Positions 1 to 8,174 of a stretch of DNA of 61,892 nt are shown here, in pieces. Under the pieces are notes generated by a model. The model did not search any database and was not told where the DNA came from. It saw only the letters and a list, made by a program, of their open reading frames with translations. The position numbers and the translations under genes are program-made. Each line of letters starts with the position of its first letter. Positions within the stretch are counted from its first letter, which is position 1. Where the stretch lies: the NCBI GenBank assembly GCA_029865835.1, contig JARXAL010000061.1:1-61892 (forward strand), written 5' to 3'. The stretch comes from Verrucomicrobiaceae bacterium (GTDB taxonomy: Bacteria > Verrucomicrobiota > Verrucomicrobiia > Verrucomicrobiales > Verrucomicrobiaceae).

Positions 1-1109
1 GCCATGCCGGTTTTGGGCAGGGCGAGCGTCTTCAGCATGGATTCACGCACGCGCGGCCAACCTTCGCCGGGCGAGGTGAAGTTCGGGAGTTGCACCCACG
101 CGAAGGGCACTTCGTCCTGCCAAAGCGTGCGCCAACTGGTGACGAGCTGCGTGAGTTGCTTGTGGTAGAGGCCGGGATTGCCGGCGTTGCCTTCACCTTG
201 ATACCAAAGCATGCCGCGCAGCGTGTAGGGCACGAGATTGACGACCTTGCCATTGTAGAGGCTCGCCGGGCCACCTTTAAGCTTGTGCATGGCGAGCGGG
301 TCGTTCGGCGCAGGAACGACAAAGGGCGTGCCGTTGACTTTGGCTTTCTCCGACGCGGCTTTCCAAATAGCGAGCTGCTTTTGGTGCAACGCGGGAGCCG
401 TCACAGGATCGAACTTCAAAAAGGCATCAAGCCGCGTGTCGTAGTTCGCTTTCGTCTCAGGATCGGACGACTGCACGTCCGCAGCCACCCAGGATTCGAT
501 GGGCGTGCCACCGACAGAGGTATTAATGAGGCCGACAGGCACGCCGACTTCCCGATGAATCTCACGACCAAAGAAATAAAGCACCGCCGAGAACCCCCCG
601 ACGTTGTCCGGTGTGCAAAGCTGCCACGAGCCTTTGCCCTCGGACTGCGGCTGCTCGGCCGGGCCAGAGCTTTCGCGGAAATGGCGGATATGCGGATACT
701 TCGCTGCCGCTTTCTCGGTATCGAAGTGATAACAACCTGCCACGGTCATCGCCATGTTGGACTGCCCGGAACCGAGCCACACCTCCCCCACCAGCACATC
801 CTTCACTTCAACCTTGTGGCCATCCTTCCCTGTGACGACGAGCGTTCGAGATTCAGCACTCGCAGCGAGCGCATCCAGCTTGAGCGACCACTTGCCATCC
901 GCGCCCGCCACGGCCGACTTTGACTGACCTCCAAAGGCAACCGTCACCGTCTCACCCGCATCCGCCCAACCCCAAACTGCGATCGGCTTCTCCCGCTGAA
1001 GCACCATGTGATCCGAGAGCGCCGAGGCGAGACGGAAGTCAGCGGCATGAAGTGCAGCCAGCGGCACAAGCAGCATGGCGGCGAGGAGCAGAGTGAATCT
1101 ATTTGGCAT
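1..1109 (-). CDS. Sialate O-acetylesterase-like carbohydrate esterase (SASA/DUF303 family); 3' end runs off the left window edge
   Basis: Absent from the ORF track because it is edge-truncated. Manual minus-strand translation from the ATG (plus-strand cat at 1107-1109) gives MPNRFTLLLAAMLLVPLAALHAADF (signal peptide), then LSDHMVLQREKPIAVWGWA and EVWLGSGQSNMAM. GSGQSNM is the serine block typical of SASA esterases. I translated only the first ~55 codons and the GSGQSNM block directly; the rest of the frame was read more loosely and appears open to position 1. The plus-strand ORF 90..923 is an antisense shadow. Confidence 0.8.
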   Translation of the reverse strand, partial: MPNRFTLLLAAMLLVPLAALHAADFRLASALSDHMVLQREKPIAVWGWADAGETVTVAFGGQSKSAVAGADGKWSLKLDALAASAESRTLVVTGKDGHKVEVKDVLVGEVWLGSGQSNMAMTVAGCYHFDTEKAAAKYPHIRHFRESSGPAEQPQSEGKGSWQLCTPDNVGGFSAVLYFFGREIHREVGVPVGLINTSVGGTPIESWVAADVQSSDPETKANYDTRLDAFLKFDPVTAPALHQKQLAIWKAASEKAKVNGTPFVVPAPNDPLAMHKLKGGPASLYNGKVVNLVPYTLRGMLWYQGEGNAGNPGLYHKQLTQLVTSWRTLWQDEVPFAWVQLPNFTSPGEGWPRVRESMLKTLALPKTGM

Positions 1110-1159
1110 CGGGTCAGTGTTTGTTATCACAAGTTAGTGAAACGCGCGGACTGCAGCTG

Positions 1160-1175
1160 GATTTCAGCTGAAATC
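1160..1175. repeat. Perfect 16-bp palindrome GATTTCAGCTGAAATC; candidate operator or intercistronic RNA hairpin
   Basis: Read directly from the sequence. It lies about 50 nt upstream of the esterase start codon (1109, minus strand). Its left flank contributes to the 10-mer TGGATTTCAG (1158-1167), which recurs at 6460-6469. Confidence 0.5.
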
Positions 1176-1412
1176 GGATCCCTGAACGATTGCCCGTTTC
1201 TCGGTGAACCCGAACTTGTCCTTGAGGTGCTGAAGCTTGGCGCCATCCACGGCGGTGAGAACGGGCTCATCAAGCTTTCCGGCTGGATACACGACGCGTG
1301 TGATCTGCAGTTTGGTGCGGGTCATTAGGTCGTCCACCAAGAGTTGCTTTTCTCTCTTTTGAGAGAAGGCGCTGACGGCCGTTTGAGAAAACAAAAAGGG
1401 CTCAAGCAGCAA
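1164..1412 (-). CDS. Hypothetical small protein (82 aa, or 53 aa from an internal Met)
   Basis: It is the only same-strand ORF in the ~350-nt gap between the beta-helix gene and the esterase gene. It has no recognisable motif. Its stop codon lies inside the 16-bp palindrome at 1160-1175. Confidence 0.25.
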   Translation of the reverse strand: MLLEPFLFSQTAVSAFSQKREKQLLVDDLMTRTKLQITRVVYPAGKLDEPVLTAVDGAKLQHLKDKFGFTEKRAIVQGSDFS

Positions 1413-1458
1413 GACACAGCTCAGGCTTATGAGTCTGTTTCCGGCAGAGGAGGGTAAT

Positions 1459-2946
1459 TCATGGCAAATGGGCTTTCTTCATCACGACATTGCCGGTCAG
1501 CACATTGTCCGTGCCTTTGTCGGTGACGGGAGCGGCCGTCACATTTTCGCGGATGATGTTTGCCTTAGCACTAGGGGCGACTTCGAGCGTGCCGTTGACA
1601 TGGGTGTTGCCGGTCCAGATCCAGTTACTTGCTCTCAGCATCATGTTGCCAGCCTGACGCAGCATATTTCCACGTACGACGATATGGCTTGACGTCATCG
1701 TCTCCTGGGGTTCAGAGAGCAGCGCCCCCTCGCAGATATTGTCCGCAAAGACGATGTCCCGGATGGTCGTCTTGCCAGAGGTGCGCACATCGTAAATCTG
1801 CACATCCCCATCGAAGACATTGCCCGACAGGTTTATGCTCTCATACACGCAGGAAAGCGCTTCCGGGCGAGTCACGAACCTTACGGTGCATTTGCCATGG
1901 GTGTGCTGGTTGCGAAAAACATTCCCCGTGACCACCACATCGCTGATTGTCGAGTGCAAGGGCAGCGGCTCCGTGCGGAAGATCAGGCATGGCAGCACCG
2001 CCTTCTTGGACACCTCCGGCATCGGCTCCACATGATTGCCGCTGATGCGGATGTGATGCGAGCCCTCGGTAATGTTGATGCCCGTCCGGGTAAAATGGAC
2101 GATGTTGTCGCGAATCTGCACATTACGGCTGCCAAAGATCACCTGCGGTCCGTCCACCACATTGACGATGTGATTGTCCGCAATGAGGCCGCCATTGCAC
2201 TCGGCCAGTTCGACCGCCTTGTTGCCGCAGGTCTCGATGTAGTTGTGATGTACCTGCCAGTTTTTGAACTGCGTGGCCATGCGGTCAGCGTCGAAGTAAC
2301 CGGTGCGCGTCTTTTCTTGATCGGCTGCCGCCGCCTTTGCCTCCTCGGCAGGGATGACATGCTTGGCTAAATACATGGCGGTGGCCGGCTTGGTGCAGCC
2401 CACCGCCTGCTTGGCATCATAGATCCAGCAATGGTGAACAGTTATGTTGTCGCACGACAATAGGAGCGATTCATTCTCATCCAAACGCGCATTGAAGCCC
2501 ATGATGGAGCCACCGCCGATGGCCGTGTCATGGCCGGTGTAGCGCAGGTGCTCAATGACCACATTATGTGCCGGAACCACTGCCGTGCCGATGCGCACCG
2601 GGAAGTAACGCAGATCATTGGGTGGTGTTTTCGGGTCCAAATAAAGGTGCGTTGCATATCCCTGACCACGCAACGTCACGCCGCTCTTGATCACGACGGT
2701 TTCATCGTCCGAATGGCGCGAAAGCTTGAAGTCCCCCGCACCCAACAGCACCACGCCACCGCCTGCAGATGCAGCCTGATCAATCGCCTGCTGAAGAACC
2801 TCGTCAGCAATGACTTCCGGTCCAGGCGCGGGAACCCGCACTTCAAATCCACCCGTTGCCTGCGCAGTGACTTTTCCGGGATCCACTGGGCCAGCGGCAT
2901 GAGCCTGGACGAAGGAGAAAGTGATGAAGATGAGGACTTGTTTCAT
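1459..2946 (-). CDS. Secreted right-handed parallel beta-helix repeat protein (pectate-lyase-fold glycanase/lyase-like)
   Basis: N-terminal signal peptide MKQVLIFITFSFVQAHAAG. Periodic beta-helix rungs with Asn ladders are visible: NITVHHCWIYD, ADNHIVNVVDG, IRDNIVH, ISGNHVE, VTGNVFRN, LSGNVFDG, FADNICEG, VRGNMLR, WTGNTHVNG, LTGNVVM. The stop is 3 nt from the next gene. Confidence 0.7.
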   Translation of the reverse strand: MKQVLIFITFSFVQAHAAGPVDPGKVTAQATGGFEVRVPAPGPEVIADEVLQQAIDQAASAGGGVVLLGAGDFKLSRHSDDETVVIKSGVTLRGQGYATHLYLDPKTPPNDLRYFPVRIGTAVVPAHNVVIEHLRYTGHDTAIGGGSIMGFNARLDENESLLLSCDNITVHHCWIYDAKQAVGCTKPATAMYLAKHVIPAEEAKAAAADQEKTRTGYFDADRMATQFKNWQVHHNYIETCGNKAVELAECNGGLIADNHIVNVVDGPQVIFGSRNVQIRDNIVHFTRTGINITEGSHHIRISGNHVEPMPEVSKKAVLPCLIFRTEPLPLHSTISDVVVTGNVFRNQHTHGKCTVRFVTRPEALSCVYESINLSGNVFDGDVQIYDVRTSGKTTIRDIVFADNICEGALLSEPQETMTSSHIVVRGNMLRQAGNMMLRASNWIWTGNTHVNGTLEVAPSAKANIIRENVTAAPVTDKGTDNVLTGNVVMKKAHLP

Positions 2947-2949
2947 GAT

Positions 2950-5900
2950 TTACTTGGCTTTCAGATGGTTCCACATCTCCAACAACGCTTCACCTCGTGT
3001 GCGGTCGATTGTCGAGCCGCCTTCTTCATCTGCAGCCTGGACCTTGGCGGCAAGCTCCATCGGATCAAATTCGCTGATTTGCAGTTCTTTGAAAGCCTCC
3101 AACCAAACGCTGTTCATCTTTTGAGTCAAAGGTGCGCCAAGTTTGGCATCGTAGCTTGCAATGAAACCCTTCGTGCCAAAATACTGCGCGGCGGAGACGT
3201 GGGGATCATCGGCGCTGATATCGACATCATTGAAGAAACTGATCAACAGGCGGCTGGCTGCCAGTTTTCGGATCAAAAGGTCGGGATCGAGGTTTGAAGG
3301 CGTTGTTTTTTCCTTCACAGCCAGCGCAGCGGCGTGGCCAGCACTTTCACCGAGCTGCATCCAAGTGGGCTCAAGTCGGATACTGCCCCAGCCAACGTGC
3401 GAGGCGCTGATCGCGACGGGGACAAGAAGGTTCTCGATCTCGTTCGCGAGGATGCTTCGATACGGCACCTGCGCGGGACGAGATTCTTCACCGAGGAAGA
3501 GGATGCCGTCCGTGTTGCCGCCAGGCGCTTTTCGCGGAAGGCAAGCGACTGAATCGACAGGCCAATCGGTCATGGCGATGCTGTCGGGGTGGATCGGTGT
3601 GCGGGCGATGCCTTCGGCGATGACGTTGTCCTGCTCTTTGAAGACGTAGCGCCCGACGAGCCGTCGCGCTTCGCGAACGTAGATTTCATACGGTGCGTGG
3701 TTGTTGTCGGGGAACTCATCGGCAGCGAGTCCGAAGTTCTCGAACTGTTTGCGCTCGCGCTCCGGTGCATCTGGGTCGTTTTGCATCCACCAGAGGCGCA
3801 TGAGCATGGCATCGAGGTAGCGCTTGGAAATCGCCTCGCGCTGGGGCCAGTCGGCAGAGGGATACTCATTCTGAGGACCGATTAGGCGGCCGCCATTCCA
3901 CGCGACCTTGCCGTTTGGCAGGTTTGGCACAAAACCTCCGCCGATGGCTTGCTTAGCGATGACGGGATCGAAGTTCGCAGGCTTTGACAACATGATCTTA
4001 TTCCCTGGATCACGTGTGAGGATGAGCCGGTAGTTGTAGGCCATCACAGAACCATCCGCCTCGCCGCTTTGCGGGCCTTCGACGATGTCGGCGGTGGCGT
4101 GGCTGTTGTAGCGGATGTTCAATGAGCCTTCGTCGGCGGCTTTGGGAAAGCCACGCTGGCCGGGTTCTTTGTGTCGTTCTTGTGTGTAGATGACACCTGC
4201 GTGCTTCTCGCCGTATTGCGCACGGGATTCGCGTCCGATTTGGGTTTTGACTCCTGCAACGGCCATGAGATCCCCTTCATACATGCCATCGGCAAAGACC
4301 TTGCCGATGACGTTGATAGCGCTGTCACCATGCATCGGCTTGAGCGTGACCTTTTTAATCAAAGCGCCCTCACGCTCCGCTTTGGTGACGATGTGACCAA
4401 GCAAGACGGTGAGCGTCTTCTCCTTCTCGACCATCTCATTAAAAAGCATCTCCGCGATGCGAGGCTCGATCTTCGGACGGTCAATGTGCGCTCGGCTGGT
4501 CTTGCTCGGCATTGATGCGAGGTGCTGCGGAGAATTTTCTCCGTAAGTTTTCGCGTAAAACTTCGCAGCGCCGGTGATCATCTCGCCGTAGATCGGCGAG
4601 CGAAGGCCATCATATGGGGCCTCCCAACCGCCCGCGCCGCTCGTGATAAAGCCGCCGAGGTGCTGCGTGTGATTCACCAGTAGCACATTCAAGCCTTCAC
4701 GAGCCGCACGCACCGCGCAAGCGATGCCTCCCGGCGTGCCGCCGATGACGACGAGATCATAGGACTTTCCATCCACGTCCTGCGCTTTCGCGGCGCTCTT
4801 CAGCATCATAGGTGGAGGAATCTTCACCGGCACAGGAGCGGCGCTCCTTTTCACTGGAAAGCCAGGGTCGGCGCGAGTGTTGCGCTCAACGATAGCCTCG
4901 GCCTCGGGCACGATTTGCAGGCCATCGACGACGACATAGCCGTCCGCGCCAACATTGGAGATTTCGATCGTGCCCGTTTTACCCTTCACGAAGGCAAACA
5001 CGCCGAGCGAACGCGGGATACCGTCCTCAAGACATGCTTCACGTTGGTTCTGCATGATCACTTCATCGCCATCGGCACCGCGAATCGTGATCTGTGCCTT
5101 GTGCGCACGATTCGAGGCATGAATATAAAGCAACCGCACCTCGTATTTGCCATCTGCCGGGATCTCAGGCGTGAATTTCGCCAGCGCATCCGACTTCTTC
5201 GCGCGATCATAATGACGATACGACGAACCAACAAGCGGGGTGTGTTTATCGCTCATCTTCCACGCGCCGGTAAATTCCGCTGCTTCGTCATCGAGCACGA
5301 TGCCCGCTGTTTTGCGTTCAGCTGTTGCGTTGCTCGTCTTTTCCGCCTTGTCCGTCTCCGTGATCGTGAAGCGCGTGCTCACCACCGAGTTCTGCTCCAC
5401 ACCGGGGCGATACTTGATGTAAGTCGTTGCAACGATGGTGCCGTCCGGCAACAGTTCAATGCCCGGATAACCGCAATCGCTGCCTTTGTGACTTTGCAGC
5501 AGCTTGATTTTGTATTCGCCACCCTTGCCACTGACGATGTCATCGTAACGACCGACCCATGCTACGAAATGAGTGCGCGTGGGGCTGTCCTCGCCCATGT
5601 CGCGAAAGGCGATGACGAGCCTACCATCAGGTAGATAGACGTGCTTGTGCCGGTCGCCATGCAGCCCCGGAGGCAGCGCCTTCACTATTGACCAAGTCTT
5701 GCCCTCGTCATCGCTCGTGATAAAGTGCGCAGGCTGGCTGCGAATGTTTTCGCGGATGAGGCAGAGCAGTTGCCTCCCATCCGGCGAGCGCAGGACCTCC
5801 GGTTCGCAGGGCTTCAAATCGCCAAGATCAACGAGCACACGCAACGAACTCCACGTCAGTCCGCCGTCGGTCGATTCGCTCTGCGTTACGACGTTGGAGA

Positions 5901-6450
5901 GCCTATCCTTCGTCTCGCCTGGGCGACGGATGTTGGTGAGGCCGATGAGCTTCTTCCCACCCTCCACCGGCATGATCGTGCAGAAGGGCATGACGCACAA
6001 GAGGCCGTTGCTTTGCATCGGCGACCACGTTTTGCCTTCATCGCTGGAGACTGACTGTTGCATCATGCCATCCGGCCCCTGACCAGCGCACACGATGAGC
6101 CGCGACACCCCTATAGGGTCGGTGAGGCGATAAATGGCGGGGCAGTTCTTGACTTTCCACCAGTTCTCCGGCACCGGCAGTTCCTCGCTCCAAGTCTTAC
6201 CGCCATCATCGCTTCTCTTCATCGGCCCCGCCGTGCCACCATGCCCATGCGTCCACACGCAGAACATCGTTTTGCCATCCGGCAGCAGTAGCGTGGTCGG
6301 ATGACCTTGATAGACCCTCTCGGTGCCTTGTGAGATAATGACTTGGCGTGCGGTGTCTTGTGAAAGATCGACAACTGGAAACGGTTCAGCCTGAAGATAT
6401 CCACCAACCACACAGAACAACACAAAGGGCGGGAAAATGCGAGGTTGCAT
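2950..6450 (-). CDS. Fusion protein: BNR/Asp-box sialidase-like beta-propeller + beta-sandwich (CBM-like) module + FAD-dependent oxidoreductase (PF12831-like)
   Basis: Sec-type signal MQPRIFPPFVLFCVVGGYLQA. Four Asp-boxes (SDDGGKTW, SSDEGKTW, STDGGLTW, SDDEGKTW) with no RIP motif. A middle segment of about 130 aa follows. Then comes the dinucleotide-binding motif DLVVIGGTPGGIACAVRAAREG and about 600 aa colinear with the adjacent 558-aa flavoenzyme (shared YEGDLMA and DEF.DN...YVR.ARR blocks). Confidence 0.85.
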   Translation of the reverse strand: MQPRIFPPFVLFCVVGGYLQAEPFPVVDLSQDTARQVIISQGTERVYQGHPTTLLLPDGKTMFCVWTHGHGGTAGPMKRSDDGGKTWSEELPVPENWWKVKNCPAIYRLTDPIGVSRLIVCAGQGPDGMMQQSVSSDEGKTWSPMQSNGLLCVMPFCTIMPVEGGKKLIGLTNIRRPGETKDRLSNVVTQSESTDGGLTWSSLRVLVDLGDLKPCEPEVLRSPDGRQLLCLIRENIRSQPAHFITSDDEGKTWSIVKALPPGLHGDRHKHVYLPDGRLVIAFRDMGEDSPTRTHFVAWVGRYDDIVSGKGGEYKIKLLQSHKGSDCGYPGIELLPDGTIVATTYIKYRPGVEQNSVVSTRFTITETDKAEKTSNATAERKTAGIVLDDEAAEFTGAWKMSDKHTPLVGSSYRHYDRAKKSDALAKFTPEIPADGKYEVRLLYIHASNRAHKAQITIRGADGDEVIMQNQREACLEDGIPRSLGVFAFVKGKTGTIEISNVGADGYVVVDGLQIVPEAEAIVERNTRADPGFPVKRSAAPVPVKIPPPMMLKSAAKAQDVDGKSYDLVVIGGTPGGIACAVRAAREGLNVLLVNHTQHLGGFITSGAGGWEAPYDGLRSPIYGEMITGAAKFYAKTYGENSPQHLASMPSKTSRAHIDRPKIEPRIAEMLFNEMVEKEKTLTVLLGHIVTKAEREGALIKKVTLKPMHGDSAINVIGKVFADGMYEGDLMAVAGVKTQIGRESRAQYGEKHAGVIYTQERHKEPGQRGFPKAADEGSLNIRYNSHATADIVEGPQSGEADGSVMAYNYRLILTRDPGNKIMLSKPANFDPVIAKQAIGGGFVPNLPNGKVAWNGGRLIGPQNEYPSADWPQREAISKRYLDAMLMRLWWMQNDPDAPERERKQFENFGLAADEFPDNNHAPYEIYVREARRLVGRYVFKEQDNVIAEGIARTPIHPDSIAMTDWPVDSVACLPRKAPGGNTDGILFLGEESRPAQVPYRSILANEIENLLVPVAISASHVGWGSIRLEPTWMQLGESAGHAAALAVKEKTTPSNLDPDLLIRKLAASRLLISFFNDVDISADDPHVSAAQYFGTKGFIASYDAKLGAPLTQKMNSVWLEAFKELQISEFDPMELAAKVQAADEEGGSTIDRTRGEALLEMWNHLKAK

Positions 6451-6467
6451 GGATAAAGTTGGATTTC

Positions 6468-6490
6468 AGATTCGATTGCCAATCGAATCT
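6468..6490. repeat. 23-nt perfect inverted repeat AGATTCGATTG-c-CAATCGAATCT in the 38-nt spacer between the two flavoenzyme genes
   Basis: Read directly: 11-bp arms at 6468-6478 and 6480-6490 with a 1-nt centre. It abuts TGGATTTCAG (6460-6469), the same 10-mer found at 1158-1167. Confidence 0.5.
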
Positions 6491-8165
6491 ATTGGGGTGA
6501 CCATTCTAGTATTTGTTTGTGCTTGAGTAGATGGGTTCTGAGAGTTTCATAGTCCAATTCCTGGACTGCTTGATTGTTATCCATAGCGAACACAGCAGCA
6601 GCGGCAGCACTTTGGCTTGTAACCATAAAGACCGGCTCCATGCGGATACTGGCAAAGGCGATGTGGCTGCTGCTCAGGGCGAAGGTAACGAATAGATTCT
6701 CGCATTCGCTCCGCTTTGGCACGATGGAATCGTAACCAACAGCATAAGGTGGCGCACCATCACGACCAGAGGCAACCTTGCCCTCGCGAGCGACCACGCC
6801 GTCCTTCACGATGCGGCGAATCTCATGCACGTCGGTACCATAACTGCCGAGGCCGACAGATTTCGCCACCGGCTGTCGGCCAAAAGTGTGATTTTCGGTC
6901 ATCACAAAGTCACTGACCATGCGCCGTGCCTGGCGCACATAAATTTGGTGTGGCCAGCCGCCGTTGTCGGTGAACTCGTCCTTCGGCAAACCAAAGCGCT
7001 GCATGTCCTTTCGCACCTTTTCCGGTACGCGTGGATCAGTAGCGAGAAAGTGCAGCAGGCCGCGATGGTAATTCTCATGCTCTTTGGCGATTTTTTGGCG
7101 GTCGGTATAGTTCGCCTCCGGCCATCCGTGACTCGTACCGGGCAGATTGCCGCCGAAGGTCGCCGTATTAAAATCCCACTTGTCGTTCGGAAGAGGATCG
7201 TGCTTCGAGAACCAACGCAGATCCATGTCATCGCCGATGGCGAGGCAGGCTTCAATGAAGCGGGCGACAATCTCATAGCGCTTGGGATCGTAATCCGCCG
7301 GGGCCGTGATCGGGATCATATTTGCCGGATTCGTGGAAAGGCAAAGCCGGAAGCAATAGGCCTGTACACCCGGCGCAGGCTCACCCTGTTTGCCTGGATC
7401 GCCTTCGTTGATGAGCGGCAGCAGTCCGCTCTTCGGATCGCCTTTCACCGCATACGGATCGAGCGGGAAATCTCGATCCCAAACGCCCTGCCCTCCCGGC
7501 ACGCGGCCATGCGAACCTGGCTTGAGGTGGTTCGTTCGCGGAAGATATTTCTCAGTGTAGTGAATGCCATTTAGCGTCTCACCATACTTAGCGTTGCCCT
7601 CGCGCATGAGCGTGTAGCTTACGCCTGCCTTCGCCATCAGATCGCCCTCGTAGGTCGTATCGATGAAGACCTTTGCGCGAAAGATGTCGCCGTTTTTCAT
7701 GACAAGTTCAGTGATGCGTGCCCCATCCTTCTCGACCGAAGCCAGCTGCGCTCCGAAATGCACCTTCACACCTGCCTCCTTCGCCATATCGGTAAAAACC
7801 TGCTCCGCCTTGTGTGGTTCGATGGCATAGGCTCCGCCGGTGGCCGGGCCGCCGCCGCCATCACCTTTGAATGCTTGATCCCAAGCGAGGGTCACGCCGA
7901 CTGTGGCAGCCAACTGAGTGAAATACTCCCGGGCAATGCCGCCGATAGAACGCGGATCACCGATGTCCACCGCACTTAGACCGCCGCTCGTCATGCCGCC
8001 GAGATGCATTCCAGGTTCCGCAATCACGACATTCCTGCCCATTCGTGCCGCCTGCACCGCTGCCACAACCCCTCCAGAGGTGCCACCGTAGATGCAGAGA
8101 TCTGTCTGAATGATTTCAGCACGCGCAAGCGAGCTAAAGACGAGGAAGGTGTAAAGTGCTTTCAT
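6489..8165 (-). CDS. Exported FAD-dependent oxidoreductase (PF12831-like; often mislabelled xanthan lyase)
   Basis: Signal peptide MKALYTFLVFSSLARA. Rossmann motif CIYGGTSGGVVAAVQAARMGRNVVIAEPGMHLGGMTSGG. Colinear with the C-terminal half of the 1166-aa fusion. Confidence 0.85.
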   Translation of the reverse strand: MKALYTFLVFSSLARAEIIQTDLCIYGGTSGGVVAAVQAARMGRNVVIAEPGMHLGGMTSGGLSAVDIGDPRSIGGIAREYFTQLAATVGVTLAWDQAFKGDGGGGPATGGAYAIEPHKAEQVFTDMAKEAGVKVHFGAQLASVEKDGARITELVMKNGDIFRAKVFIDTTYEGDLMAKAGVSYTLMREGNAKYGETLNGIHYTEKYLPRTNHLKPGSHGRVPGGQGVWDRDFPLDPYAVKGDPKSGLLPLINEGDPGKQGEPAPGVQAYCFRLCLSTNPANMIPITAPADYDPKRYEIVARFIEACLAIGDDMDLRWFSKHDPLPNDKWDFNTATFGGNLPGTSHGWPEANYTDRQKIAKEHENYHRGLLHFLATDPRVPEKVRKDMQRFGLPKDEFTDNGGWPHQIYVRQARRMVSDFVMTENHTFGRQPVAKSVGLGSYGTDVHEIRRIVKDGVVAREGKVASGRDGAPPYAVGYDSIVPKRSECENLFVTFALSSSHIAFASIRMEPVFMVTSQSAAAAAVFAMDNNQAVQELDYETLRTHLLKHKQILEWSPQ

Positions 8166-8174
8166 GATTCAAAG

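Noticed and set aside
90-923. 277-aa plus-strand ORF at the left edge.
   Set aside because: It is antisense to the edge-truncated SASA esterase frame, which contains the GSGQSNM motif and a signal peptide.
2950-8165. Whether the PF12831-like flavoenzymes should be called xanthan lyases, as such proteins are often labelled.
   Set aside because: That label appears to be a propagated misannotation. The visible sequence features are an FAD Rossmann motif and an oxidoreductase-type body, with no polysaccharide-lyase signatures.
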